This document shows, one piece after another, positions 55,801 through 64,000 of a stretch of DNA of 64,000 nucleotides. Location: contig OX597831.1 in NCBI GenBank assembly GCA_951406725.2, positions 51,336,001-51,400,000 of the forward strand, written 5' to 3'. A program made the translations under genes and the position numbers. Within the stretch, counting starts at the first letter, position 1. Each line of letters opens with the position of its first letter. The stretch comes from Octopus vulgaris (lineage: Eukaryota). The notes beneath the pieces are model-generated. The model was given only the letters and a program-made list of their open reading frames with translations, made no database searches and was not told where the DNA came from.

Positions 55801-55967
55801 GTCCACAGTGAATGAGAATAAATGATTAATAGAGGAAGGCCATCATGAAAATAAGATATTACTTACAATACTGCACTAGATTGTAGTGGTTGAAGTTCAG
55901 TCAACTTGTTCAGGTCACCAATGTTTTTAGCAAGGTAAAGATCTTTACTTGGTTTAACTCCAGGCAT
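900..55967 (-). CDS. USP8: Ubiquitin carboxyl-terminal hydrolase 8 (USP8/UBPY) orthologue, 19 coding exons in window, 3' end runs off the left edge
   Basis: Manually spliced exons keep phase throughout (3026 nt). Protein shows [13 protein letters not shown]-terminus, [12 protein letters not shown] (MIT), IIIMDVR and LEGGYEQW (rhodanese), [38 protein letters not shown] (Cys box), QHDSQEFL and IWKLPPVLL, all collinear with human USP8 as I recall it. Confidence 0.96.
1925..2260 (-). mobile_element. RTE-like LINE 3' fragment
   Basis: EIREALRV...[16 protein letters not shown]-terminal motif. Confidence 0.7.
2367..2480 (-). CDS. USP8: USP8 exon 18 ([30 protein letters not shown]...), first CxxC of fingers subdomain
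   Basis: TAG acceptor, GTAAGA donor, 114 nt. Confidence 0.96.
4351..4473 (-). CDS. USP8: USP8 exon 17 ([41 protein letters not shown])
   Basis: CAG acceptor, GTATGC donor, 123 nt. Confidence 0.95.
5994..6098 (-). CDS. USP8: USP8 exon 16, QxD box ([25 protein letters not shown])
   Basis: CAG acceptor, GTAAGT donor, 105 nt. Confidence 0.96.
7349..7564. mobile_element. piggyBac-type MITE, family 1
   Basis: TTAA flanks, CCCTTT...AAAGAG termini; related copies near 32378, 36650 and 52366. Confidence 0.8.
7573..7793. mobile_element. piggyBac-type MITE, family 2
   Basis: TTAA-CCCTTTA...TAAAGGG-TTAA; closely similar to 26484-26704. Confidence 0.85.
8342..8447 (-). CDS. USP8: USP8 exon 15 ([35 protein letters not shown])
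   Basis: CAG acceptor, GTAATG donor, 106 nt, phase 2 to 0. Confidence 0.96.
11462..11592 (-). CDS. USP8: USP8 exon 14, USP Cys box ([18 protein letters not shown])
   Basis: CAG acceptor, GTCAGC donor, 131 nt, phase 0 to 2; catalytic Cys motif. Confidence 0.97.
11794..11853. repeat. (TC)n microsatellite
   Basis: Direct reading. Confidence 0.95.
14073..14160 (-). CDS. USP8: USP8 exon 13 ([29 protein letters not shown])
   Basis: RNLNPVFG motif; AAG acceptor gives the required phase 2 to 0; GTAAGT donor; 88 nt. Confidence 0.88.
15718..15874 (-). CDS. USP8: USP8 exon 12, 14-3-3 motif RSHSSP and SH3-binding motif PIVDRSTKP
   Basis: CAG acceptor, GTAAGG donor, 157 nt, phase 1 to 2. Confidence 0.94.
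17447..17608 (-). CDS. USP8: USP8 exon 11, WW domain ([31 protein letters not shown])
   Basis: CAG acceptor, GTCAGT donor, 162 nt, phase 1 to 1. Confidence 0.93.
17805..18020. mobile_element. Mariner-derived MITE
   Basis: TIRs cgagggggtgctgaaaagttcctggc / gccaggaacttttcagcacccctttg, TA on both sides; TIR resembles the element at 35668. Confidence 0.88.
19309..19603 (-). CDS. USP8: Probable USP8 exon 10, Lys/Glu-rich ([19 protein letters not shown]...[11 protein letters not shown])
   Basis: 295 nt open frame, pyrimidine tract ending AAG, GTAAGG donor, phase 0 to 1; 5' boundary less certain. Confidence 0.8.
20390..20750 (-). mobile_element. RTE LINE 3' fragment
   Basis: [20 protein letters not shown]...GRGSPRKMW; similar copy at about 5650-5945. 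Confidence 0.8.
20751..20920 (-). repeat. Abundant (GAT)n-tailed repeat, probably an RTE 3'UTR or derived SINE
   Basis: Core cagctggatgcccttcctaatgccaaccac recurs near 490, 3660, 4860, 5080, 26020, 28400, 29280, 31240 and 63560. Confidence 0.75.
21127..21503 (+). mobile_element. tRNA-derived SINE family A
   Basis: Head ggcataggagtggctgtgtggtaag (A box), gggtcagtccc (B box), internal (TA/TG)n, (AAGAGTA)n tail; many copies in window. Confidence 0.9.
23591..24007 (-). mobile_element. tRNA-derived SINE family A
   Basis: Full-length reverse-complement copy. Confidence 0.9.
24760..25125 (-). mobile_element. CR1/L2-like LINE 3' fragment
   Basis: [30 protein letters not shown] motifs with (ATT)n tail; related pieces at 25428-25715 (-) and 16240-16615 (+). 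Confidence 0.85.
25364..25426. repeat. (AAT)n microsatellite (tail of CR1-like fragment)
   Basis: Direct reading. Confidence 0.95.
26484..26704. mobile_element. piggyBac-type MITE, family 2
   Basis: TTAA TSD and CCCTTTAG TIR; further copies near 8700, 18748 and 31725. Confidence 0.85.
27290..27710 (-). mobile_element. Highly decayed HERO-like (RLE-bearing) non-LTR retrotransposon fragment
   Basis: Minus-strand translation gives [26 protein letters not shown] and [14 protein letters not shown], resembling RYxWRH...IELTVPWE. Confidence 0.6.
27822..28217 (+). mobile_element. tRNA-derived SINE family A (older copy)
   Basis: Collinear with the other family A copies. Confidence 0.85.
28631..28727 (-). 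CDS. USP8: Probable USP8 exon 9 ([32 protein letters not shown])
   Basis: Pyrimidine tract plus TAG acceptor, AAG|GTAATT donor, 97 nt; supplies the phase 2 to 0 change needed between exons 8 and 10; no recognisable homology. Confidence 0.75.
29826..30045 (+). mobile_element. Family B SINE with expanded tail
   Basis: Same head and core as other family B copies, followed by (ATT)n and the compound triplet array. Confidence 0.85.
30050..30250. repeat. Compound (CTA)n/(CTG)n trinucleotide array
   Basis: Alternating blocks of cta and ctg read directly from the sequence. Confidence 0.97.
30654..31073. mobile_element. Non-autonomous TIR element with 8-bp TSD (CAAAATCT) and internal (CCCTAA)n
   Basis: About 29-bp TIRs gaatcttttcggtttgaacggcagttttt / aaaaactgctgttcaaaccgaaaagatcc; exact TSD at 30646-30653 and 31074-31081. 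Confidence 0.88.
33708..34251 (-). CDS. USP8: USP8 exon 8, disordered region with SH3-binding motif PVINRALKP
   Basis: TAG acceptor, GTAAGT donor, 544 nt open frame starting LDFDYP, phase 1 to 2. Confidence 0.93.
35668..36617 (+). mobile_element. Internally deleted mariner-like element (transposase pseudogene)
   Basis: TIRs (tgaaggtgggctgaaaagttt / aacttttcagctgaccctca), TA flanks; remnants [43 protein letters not shown]. Confidence 0.9.
37850..38900 (-). mobile_element. Decayed RTE-clade LINE reverse-transcriptase fragment
   Basis: Remnants [49 protein letters not shown]. Confidence 0.8.
39225..39573 (-). mobile_element. tRNA-derived SINE, third family
   Basis: Minus strand ggtgcatggcttagtggctaag...gagttcaattcc...cattgtgtcct; a similar head occurs at about 61889 (+). 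Confidence 0.65.
40293..40437 (-). CDS. USP8: USP8 exon 7, rhodanese end ([26 protein letters not shown]...)
   Basis: CAG acceptor, GTAAGT donor, 145 nt, phase 0 to 1. Confidence 0.95.
40760..42023 (+). mobile_element. Full-length but dead Tc1-like DNA transposon with DD36E-type spacing, inserted in the (TA)n of a SINE
   Basis: About 29-bp imperfect TIRs (aggagttggacaaaataatggaaacacc / ggtctttccattatgttttccaagccctg), TA flanks; pseudo-transposase from ATG 40943 with [34 protein letters not shown] and several stops. Confidence 0.93.
42417..42579 (-). CDS. USP8: USP8 exon 6, rhodanese-like domain ([22 protein letters not shown]...LQDALFK)
   Basis: TAG acceptor, GTAGGT donor, 163 nt, phase 2 to 0. 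Confidence 0.95.
45940..46130. repeat. Perfect inverted repeat, 81-bp arms with 29-bp spacer
   Basis: 45940-46020 is the exact reverse complement of 46050-46130 by manual comparison. Confidence 0.93.
46207..46381 (-). CDS. USP8: USP8 exon 5, rhodanese-like domain start ([27 protein letters not shown]...)
   Basis: CAG acceptor, GTAAGG donor, 175 nt, phase 1 to 2. Confidence 0.93.
46804..47060. repeat. Long imperfect palindrome centred on GTCGAC
   Basis: ttgttgtgtctgggga...ccactcatttac mirrored by gtaaatgagtgg...tccccagacacaacaa. Confidence 0.92.
47492..47642. repeat. Imperfect hairpin, 72-bp arms with 7-nt loop
   Basis: Arms align without gaps; 13 outer and 20 inner pairs perfect, 12 differences in the middle 39. 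Confidence 0.93.
47691..47836 (-). CDS. USP8: USP8 exon 4, charged/coiled linker ([22 protein letters not shown]...)
   Basis: CAG acceptor, GTAAAT donor, 146 nt, phase 2 to 1; completes the R-Y junction. Confidence 0.88.
50692..50777 (-). CDS. USP8: USP8 exon 3, MIT domain ([28 protein letters not shown])
   Basis: CAG acceptor, GTGAGT donor, 86 nt, phase 0 to 2. Confidence 0.93.
51388..51616 (+). mobile_element. tRNA-derived SINE family B with 15-bp TSD, nested in a family A SINE
   Basis: gagctggcagaa head, gagttcaaat B box, gccttt-catccttt...gtcgataaattaagtaccag core; TSD agaaactgaaagaag. Confidence 0.92.
52366..52554. mobile_element. piggyBac-type MITE, family 1 (opposite orientation), inserted in a decayed SINE
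   Basis: TTAA-CCCCTTCGTTACC...GGTAACGAAAGGG-TTAA. Confidence 0.82.
52672..52816 (-). CDS. USP8: USP8 exon 2, MIT domain ([35 protein letters not shown]...)
   Basis: CAG acceptor, GTAAGT donor, 145 nt, phase 2 to 0. Confidence 0.95.
52938..53279 (-). mobile_element. Helentron-associated (HINE/DINE-like) non-autonomous element
   Basis: 5' hairpin ctgcctt-accg-aaggcag, subterminal inverted motif and 3' short hairpin; homologous copies at about 43578-44495 and 58185-58622; class assignment is by structure only. Confidence 0.55.
53810..54242 (+). mobile_element. Head-to-tail pair of family B SINEs
   Basis: Two consecutive units of about 215 bp; similar pairs at about 47985-48415 (-) and 60140-60610 (+). 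Confidence 0.85.
54625..54962 (-). mobile_element. tRNA-derived SINE family A, truncated
   Basis: Very similar to 55402-55792. Confidence 0.88.
55402..55792 (-). mobile_element. tRNA-derived SINE family A, young full-length copy
   Basis: Intact A/B boxes, CpGs largely retained. Confidence 0.92.
55867..55967 (-). CDS. USP8: USP8 coding exon 1 ([22 protein letters not shown]...)
   Basis: ATG at 55967; GTAAGT donor; 101 nt, ends phase 2; resembles the USP8 N-terminus (ELYL...DLNK). Confidence 0.9.
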
Positions 55968-56117
55968 CTTGAATGAGTTGCAGAAATAGCCTATGTTTTT
56001 TTTTTAAATATAAAATTATATATATAGTTAAAACGATATACATAAAATAATCTTTTAGATAAAAATAGACAAATTTTTAAATAATATTAATATTTGTTTA
56101 ACATTCTTATTGAAAAT

Positions 56118-56151
<34 letters not shown>

Positions 56152-57026
56152 CATATCCACATATACACAGGGAATGTATCCATCAAATTACTAGACAGTT
56201 TTATTTATGTACAGTGTTCAAAGTTAAATCACCGAATGAAAAACAAACAAATCTCTATTTTGGCCTAACCTCATCAGTCAAAGTGGAGCCAGATTATGTT
56301 GTAATAAACTGTCACAGCAGCTCTGCTGCTACTACTACTACTACTACTGCTGTTGTTGTTGCTGTTGTTGTTGATATTTGTATGTCAAAAAATGTGGGGC
56401 TGAGTGGTAATACAAAACTGCTGCTTTGGCTACTGTCCTTCCTAATCTCTGAAACAATGCTTTATTATTATTATTATTATTATTGTTACTGATTAGCTCC
56501 ATGTTAACCCTAATTGAGCAGATCCATAATCAAAGGTATTCAAACTGTGATTATCTCATCTTTATTCCAGGTATAATACATTCAAGACTACATTATTCTG
56601 GATGCACATCTCCTTTTTAAGATGCTAGCTGCATAATTTGAGGGATATTTGGCTACTATTTCTAGTAGCTTGGGAGACCATGTAGAAGCTATCTTCTTGA
56701 GCGCATATTATTGTTCCAAGTGCAAATCTTGTCGAGGTCAAAGAGGTCAATGTGTAAAATTTTTAGAGAGCCAGATAAATGCCTTATAGCATTTATTCCA
56801 GTTCTTTACATTCTGAGTTTAAAATCCAATTTGCTTTGCACTCTTCTGGAATCAATAAAATAAAGCACTAGGGTCAATTTAATCAAATTTCTAGCTTTGT
56901 GCTTATATTAGAAATTATTATTATCATAATTATCATCATGTCTGAGATTCATAGTATGTCAATATCTTTTGATCAGGAGTTGGTCATAACTAATAACCAT
57001 GGGTCCTGTTAACTTTCTCATTCCAG

Positions 57027-57575
57027 TTACATTGATATGACTCTTCTCAAAATTCTGGCTGTTCCAAATAGTGCTGTTTTCTGGAGCATCACAGTTTTGC
57101 CAGTGAGTTCAAGTATGCTAAGCCACTTCTGAAATTGGTTTGTCACAGTTCCAAGTGCCCCTATCACAACAGGTATAACCTCAACTTTCCTCAGTTCCCA
57201 CAAATGTGCTTTCTCATGCCCCAAATCTTGGAATCTATTCACTTTGTCTTTCTCTTTCTCTACCACATGGATATCTCCTGAGATAGCAATGTCAATAATC
57301 CAGTCATGTCTTTCTTCTTTCTCAATCAGGATAAAATCAGGTCTTCTTGCCTCAATCACATTATCACATTGTACATTGAAATCCCATAGCAATTTCACCA
57401 TATATGCGTAGGAGTGGCTGTGGGGTAAGTAGCTTGCTTACGAACCACATGGTTCCGGGTTCAGTCCCACTGCATGGCACCTTGGGCAAGTGTGTTCTAC
57501 TATAGTCACAGGCCAACCAAAGCCTTGTGAGTTGATTTGGTAGATGGAAACTGAAAGAAACCCGTTGTATGTATG

Positions 57576-57644
<69 letters not shown>

Positions 57645-58180
57645 GTTGTATGTGAGTGTGTATACATTTGTGTGTCTGTGTTTGTCCCCCCAACATCACC
57701 TGACAACTGATGCTGGTGTGTTTACGTCCCCGTAACTTAGCTGTTCGGCAAAAGAGACCGATAGAACAAGCACTAGGCTTACAAAGAATAAGTCCTGGGG
57801 GCGATTTGCTCGACTAAAGGCGGTGCTCCAGCATGGCCACAGTCAAATGACTGAAGCGAGTAAAAGAGTAAAAGAGTATACCATTTTCCATTACAGCAAG
57901 TGGCTGGTGTTCATACCACTTGTTAGCTTGCACCAAGTATTTCCCACATAAAACCAATGTACAATTCAAGCAACATTGTCATGCTGTCTCTTGTAGTCCT
58001 GCTGTGCCAAAGAGCTACATTCACATACAATGCGGCTTGTGGTTTCACCAAACTTCCCACACATTCTGCACAAAGGTGATTCAATTGCTTTGTCAATGTG
58101 GAATTTTACATGGTTAGTTCTTAAGGCTTGCTCTTGAGTAGCACAAATAAGAGTTTCTGTCCATTCTTTCAAATCTCCCT
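57027..58180 (-). mobile_element. 3' fragment of an R4/Dong-like non-LTR retrotransposon (zinc knuckle plus restriction-like endonuclease), split by a SINE
   Basis: CRMC..ET...IV.EC, YKRQHDNVA, KLLWDF, RRPD, IIDIA and PVVIGALG motifs in ORFs 57966-58172 and 57027-57401. Confidence 0.85.
57406..57878 (+). mobile_element. tRNA-derived SINE family A, young copy inserted in the R4-like LINE
   Basis: Intact head and (AAGAGTA)n tail; LINE frame continues on both sides. Confidence 0.92.
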
Positions 58181-58184
58181 AATT

Positions 58185-58622
58185 ATTACTTCTGCCTTAG
58201 CAAACACAGAGGTATTGTTTTCAGTTGCATTTGCTTGTTTGTCAATGGACAAGATATCTCAAGAACCGCTGAATGGATTTGAATGAAACTTTCAGGGATG
58301 TTTGGCCGTGTGACTGGCACAAACTGACTAGATTTTGGGATCAATCTGGTACCGGACAAGGATTCAGGATTATTTTTCCTGTTTTTTACTTAATTTTTGA
58401 GAGTAGTTTGGGTTCAGTTTTAGTATTCTCATTTGTGAGAGCAGTCAAGCTTATTTCAGATATCCTCATTTTAAAAATCATCTCCAGCTAACAGCTGAGA
58501 AGATGTTGTTAGCTCCAGCTTAACCCCAATTGAGCAGATCCATGATCAAAGGTATTCAAACTGTGATTATCTCATCTTTATTCCAGGTATTAAGTGGAGG
58601 TTTGCACTCACTGAGTACTCTT
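58185..58622 (+). mobile_element. Second copy of the HINE-like element, interrupted near its 3' end
   Basis: Collinear with the reverse complement of 52938-53279. Confidence 0.55.
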
Positions 58623-58856
58623 CTTCTTCTTCTTCTTCTTATTATTATTATTATTAACATGGCAAGCTGGCAGAATCTAGCACTGCTTGGGAGTATTTCG
58701 CTCATCGCTACATTCTGAGTTCAAATTCCACCACAGTTGACTTTGCCTTTCATCCTTTCGGGGTCGATAAATTAAGTACCAGTGAAACACTGGGTTCGAT
58801 GTAACCGACTAGTCCCCTCCCTACAAATTTGAGGCCTTGTGCCTCCAATAGAAAGG

Positions 58857-58909
<53 letters not shown>

Positions 58910-61900
58910 AGGTCAACTTTGCCTTTCATCCTTTCGGGGTCATTAAATAAGTACCAGTTGGATACTGGAGTCGATGTAATTGACTTATCCCCTCCCTTGA
59001 AATTGCTGGCCTTATGCCAAAATTTGAAATCATTATTATAATTATCATACAAGGCAGTGAGCTGGCAGAATGGTTAGTGATAGTGGTGCCTATGTATGCT
59101 TGAAAATAGGCTCTAGTTCAAGGTTCGTTAATTACCATTAACAAAAAGGGGCAACCAGCAGTTATAATGATTACAGTAAACTAGCATATGATGGATAAAA
59201 CAGACAAAAGAACTAATGAAAGAATCAATGAAGGAGCCTCTTACAATAAAAGAAAGAGCTTCTACCAACTATAAATAGCAGGCAAATCACTATTAAATGA
59301 CATCATACTGTCTTAAAATCAAAATAAAAACTTAAGTAATGTAGTCCTAGACATAACAATTGCCCTAAGACTGAAAATATTCAAAAATTTATGAAGATCA
59401 TTGCATTCAACTTATATGTTAACTTATCATTTAGGGACACAATCTTACAATTTTATGAAATTTTTAAGTAAGATTGTGTGAGATTCCTGATCTTTGAATA
59501 ATCTCTCTCTCTCTCTCTCTCTCTCCATGAGCCAGACCTAATTCATAGGCATTGATAATCATGGACCGCTATGCAAAAGTCTAAAGATTCATGACTGTCC
59601 TAGGGAAAGATAATGCAATGGCTCCCATTACTTTCTACTAGAGTAGTTACAGTTTATTCTGCCAATCTTCTTTTCCCTTAAGCATAACCTTCCAGCACAG
59701 AACCTATTTAATCCTTAGATAGGAAGACTAGTTTGTGTGACATCAAGGCATGGCCATTCATCAGTGGGTCCATGTGACACATGACTTGGAGCCGGCCCTC
59801 TGCCAAATCCTGTGCATCTTAGTCACAGGACCATCTTATGCTATTTTACTCATAACTTTAGCCCTTGACAAATACTACCACCCTAGATAAGAGCAGACCA
59901 GGGAGTATGGTAACTAAAACATAACTCTGCACTGCCCAAAACTCCTGAACTCCTAAGCTGGAGCCATTCCACAGGCTACAGTTTGTCTTGTCCAGAACCA
60001 ATTAATTATGCGAGCAAATTAAAATATCTCTACCGAGGAATCAAATCTAAATTGTAGATTCCTTTGCTATGTGTTTGCCTGCACTCTGTGATGTTTACCA
60101 CTCTTCACAACATGTATTAATATGAAGATTAGTTATCTAAGGCAGCGAGTTGGCAGAATCATTAGCATGCTGGGCAAAATGCTTAGCAGTGTTTCATCCA
60201 TCTTTACATTCTGAGTTCAAATTCTGCCAATGTTGACTGAGCTTTTCATCCTTTCAGGGCCAATAAAATATGTACCAATTGAGCACTGAGGTCAATGCAA
60301 TCAACTTACTTCCTCTCCCAAAATTGCTGGCCTTGTGCCAAAATTTGAAACCAATATATAGATTAGTTATCTGAGGCAGCAAGCTGGCAGAATCATTAGC
60401 ATGCTGGGAAGAACCGTTAGCACACTGGGCAAAATGCCTATGGCATTTCCTGTCGTTACATTCAGAGTTCAAATGCCAACAAGGTCGATTTTGCCATTCA
60501 TCCCTTTGGGGTCGATAAAGTAAGTACCAGTTTGAGCACTGGGGGGTCAAAGTAATCAGCTTTCCCCTTCCCCAAACTTGCTAGCCTTGTGCCAAAATTT
60601 CAAAACCAATATGTAGATTCAGTTATCTGGTTCATTGATTAACTATAATCATCTCAATTGTTATAAAAATTCTAACAAATAAAATAAGATAGCAGTGCCA
60701 ATACGATGAAGTATGTTAATTACTATGTTGGCCATAGCTACCTTGAACATCAAATTATATTTTACTCTCACCTTTTTGACAAGCCCCTTCAATTTCACTA
60801 TTGCCCCCACATGTGTTTTTCGCAGTGAAGAAATGGGGACTGTGAAGATTGAAAAATGGGAGAACAGATATATTGCTGTCTTATAAAACTAAGATGGTTT
60901 TAAACTTGTCTAACATAAGGAAGCAGAATCATGTAGATGAAAAGACTATTCTGTTTTCTCATTAATGGCAGAGTGATGGTAATTTTTCACTATTTGGAAA
61001 GGGAGCCTGGTATTATTTGTCAATCTCAGAACAACTAATGTAAATCTTTTATATTTGATTTGTTTCACTCATTAGAATGTGGCCATGCTGGGGCACTGAC
61101 CTTGAAGGGTTTTAGTCAAATAAATCAACCCCCATACTTACTTCTCTCTTCGGGTCTAGTACTTATTCTATTAGCCTCTTTTGACAATGTACTAAATTAC
61201 AGGGTCATAAACAAACCAACACCAGTTGTCAAGCAGGGGATGAAGGCATTAAAAGAAACACAAAAACACACACACACACACACATCAATATATATATGCA
61301 TATATGGGTACAGGACGTCACCAACTGTGTAAACAATGTGAAATACAAAACAAATGAGTTAAATACACAAACGAAAGAAAAAAGTGGAAAACAGGACAAG
61401 TAAACACAGAGAACAACCATTTATCAGTTGTCAGCTGTCTTTCTACTCCTCATTTCAAACATTAAACGACAATATAAGTCTTCAAAGGCAGTTGCTCCAA
61501 TAAATTCCAAAATAAAATTTAGGATTTATGGAGGGTCAAAGTTAGGAACAAAAACAGGACAGTGGAGACATACAAGGAAACCAAATGAAAACAAACATGG
61601 AGGGTCATTAGACCAGAACAAGAGGAAAATAGTGAATGCTGGGAGAAATATTTTCTTTGAAAAGATAAAAGATAAAAGAAAGAAAACGTCCAGTCCTTTG
61701 AATGTCCATGCAGGAAAAGAAAGATGGACGATGGTCACATGTGAGCAACAGGAGAGAGAAAAAGGAAAAGAGGAGCGAGAGAGATAGACAGACAGACAGA
61801 TAGAAAATGGTGAAGGGGGAGAAAAAGGAAATTCGAGAAGGATGGAGGGAGAAAACAGTAAAGAGTAGAGTCGCATCAAAAAAGTTAAGGTATATGGTTC

Positions 61901-63337
61901 AGTGGTTAGGATTTTGCACTCATGATTGCGAGATCGTGGTTTCCATTCCCAGACCAGGCAGGGTATTGTGTTCTACAGCAAAACACTTAATTTCACACTG
62001 CTCATGTCCACTCAGCTATAAAGAAGTAAATCTGCAGTGGATTAGCATTCCATTCAGGAGGTATGTTAGCATGCCCACCTAGCCAGTGGGGTGGCATTAT
62101 TTGAAAGCTACAACAATGAGGAGGTGCATTGTAATGAGTATTGTTTAACAATATCCAATAGTCTGGTTAATACTGTAATATATATATATATATACACATA
62201 CATCTTTTACTGGTTTCAATCATTAGATTGCGGCCATGCTGGGGCAGTGCCTTGATTGTTTAGTCGAATGAATTGACCTCTGTACTCTATTTTTTAAGCT
62301 TGACACTTATTCTATCAGTCTGTTTTACCGAACTGCTAAATTACAAGGATGCAAACACACCAACACCAGTTGTCAAGTGATGGTGAGGAGACAAACATAA
62401 AGACACACACACCCACACATATACAACAGGATCCTTCCAGTTTCCATCTACCAAATCCAGTCATAAGGCTTTGGTCAGCCTGAAGCTATAGTAGAAGACA
62501 CTTGCCCAAGTTGCCATGCAGTGGAACTGAACCTGAAACCACATGGTTGGGAAGCAAACTTCTTACCACACAGCCAAGCCTGTGCTAATGTTTATATATA
62601 TACATACATACAACAGGCTTCAACACAGTTTCAATCTACCACTCACAAGGCATTGGTCAACCCTGTAGAAGACACTTGTCCAAGGTGCTGCACGGTAGGA
62701 TTGAACTCAGAAATCATGTTGATGCAACGCAAGTTTCTTAACCACACAACCATGCCTAACAACAACAGACAAGTGAAATGGTTAATGTAAAAAATGGAAT
62801 TTGTGGATTAGTAAACAAGTTGTTAGCTACAGTTCATAGATGTCTGGAAAAATGGGGAAATATTAATTTGAATTGCCAAGGTACAAAGCCATCTTCTAAG
62901 CAGTTGAGGAGTTTCAGTAACTCAAACCGAGTATTGTTGTTCTAGATACATTAAGAAAAAACTAGAATGGTCACAGCTGTAATGCCTTTAACCACAGATC
63001 TGCCCAATCACAGCTACCATGGGGAATAAGCACAGTAAAAACAATACAAATGTAAAAACCTCTATCACACCAATAAACTGTATTCTTTGACTTCTGCCCT
63101 CCAGTTATTTATGCAAGAGTTTCAATGGACAACTTTCTGGTTTGCCATAACTAGACACTTTATCGTCATCATAACAAAAAACACTTCACTTTTAAAACGG
63201 AAACATATTTAATTTGAAGAAGCCAAAGCTTAGGTTCTTTTAAAGAAGAGCAGCAGTTGTGGTTAATTCTATGTCTAATCATCATAATCATCATCATATC
63301 ATTTAGTGTCTGCTTTCCATGTTGGCATGGGTTAGAT

Positions 63338-63495
63338 CAGTGTTTCTCAACCTTTTTACCCTTGTGTAACCCTTAAAATAAATTGCATGTCTCAAGGAAT
63401 CTCTGCACAAAAAAAATTATATACCATATCTTTCTTATATTTTTTTTCCATCGTAGTTCACGTGGTAAATATCATATATCAGTTGAGAAACGCTG
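63338..63495. mobile_element. hAT (Charlie-like) MITE
   Basis: TIRs cagtgtttctcaac / gttgagaaacgctg; 8-bp TSD ggttagat/ggttagag. Confidence 0.85.
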
Positions 63496-64000
63496 GGTTA
63501 GAGAGTTTGACTGAAATTGGTAAGCTGCACCCGGTTCCAATCTGATTTGGCATGGTTTCTACAGCTGGATGCCCTTCCTAACACCAACCACTTACATGCC
63601 ACCAGCACAAGTGCCAGTTACATGACACTGACATCAGCTGGAAATCCTCTAAACTACAGCTTCATTATTAAATGACAGAACAAAGTGGTGAGCTGGTAGA
63701 ATCATTAGTGCAGTGAACAAAATACTTAGTAGCATTATTTCTAGGTCTTTATTTTCTGAGTTTAAATTCTACTGAGGTCAACTTTGCCTTTCATCCTTTC
63801 GGGGTCAATAAAATAAAGTAGTAGTTAAGCACTGGGATCAATGTAATCAATCTGCTTCCTCCCCTAAAATTGTTGTCCTTGTGCCAAAATCTGAAACCAT
63901 TATAAAATAGCAGATCATGAGAGCATCAGACAAATGCCTAGTATTTGTTCTGGTTCATTATATTCTGAGTTCAAATCCTACTGACTTCAATTTTTGCCTT

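Noticed and set aside
56255-56285. Hammerhead-like core on the minus strand (CUGAUGA-GGU-UAG-GCC-AAAA)
   Set aside because: The required GAAA reads AAAA and I could not form stems I and III
58630-64000. USP8 promoter or 5'UTR exon
   Set aside because: Region is dominated by repeats; no CpG-rich or otherwise supportable promoter signal seen

Overview
AT-rich, repeat-dense metazoan genomic DNA. The SINE, microsatellite and LINE landscape suggests an octopus or other coleoid cephalopod (inference). The window carries one protein-coding gene on the minus strand: a USP8/UBPY deubiquitinase orthologue. I assembled 19 phase-consistent GT-AG coding exons by hand, from the ATG at 55967 down to 900 (3026 nt, 1008 codons). 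They cover the MIT domain, rhodanese-like domain, SH3-binding motifs, WW domain, 14-3-3 motif and the N-terminal part of the USP catalytic domain. The His-box exon(s) lie beyond the left edge. Introns are filled with tRNA-derived SINEs; RTE, CR1-like, R4-like and HERO-like LINE fragments; Tc1/mariner fossils; piggyBac-, hAT- and other MITEs; Helentron-like elements; and microsatellites. Almost all other ORFs in the track are repeat artefacts. I found no clearly new multi-gene system. The most interesting observations are three long foldbacks around exons 4-5, an inverted SINE pair bracketing the start-codon exon, a canonical two-Trp WW domain, a DD36E-spaced Tc1 fossil and several nested insertions with intact TSDs.
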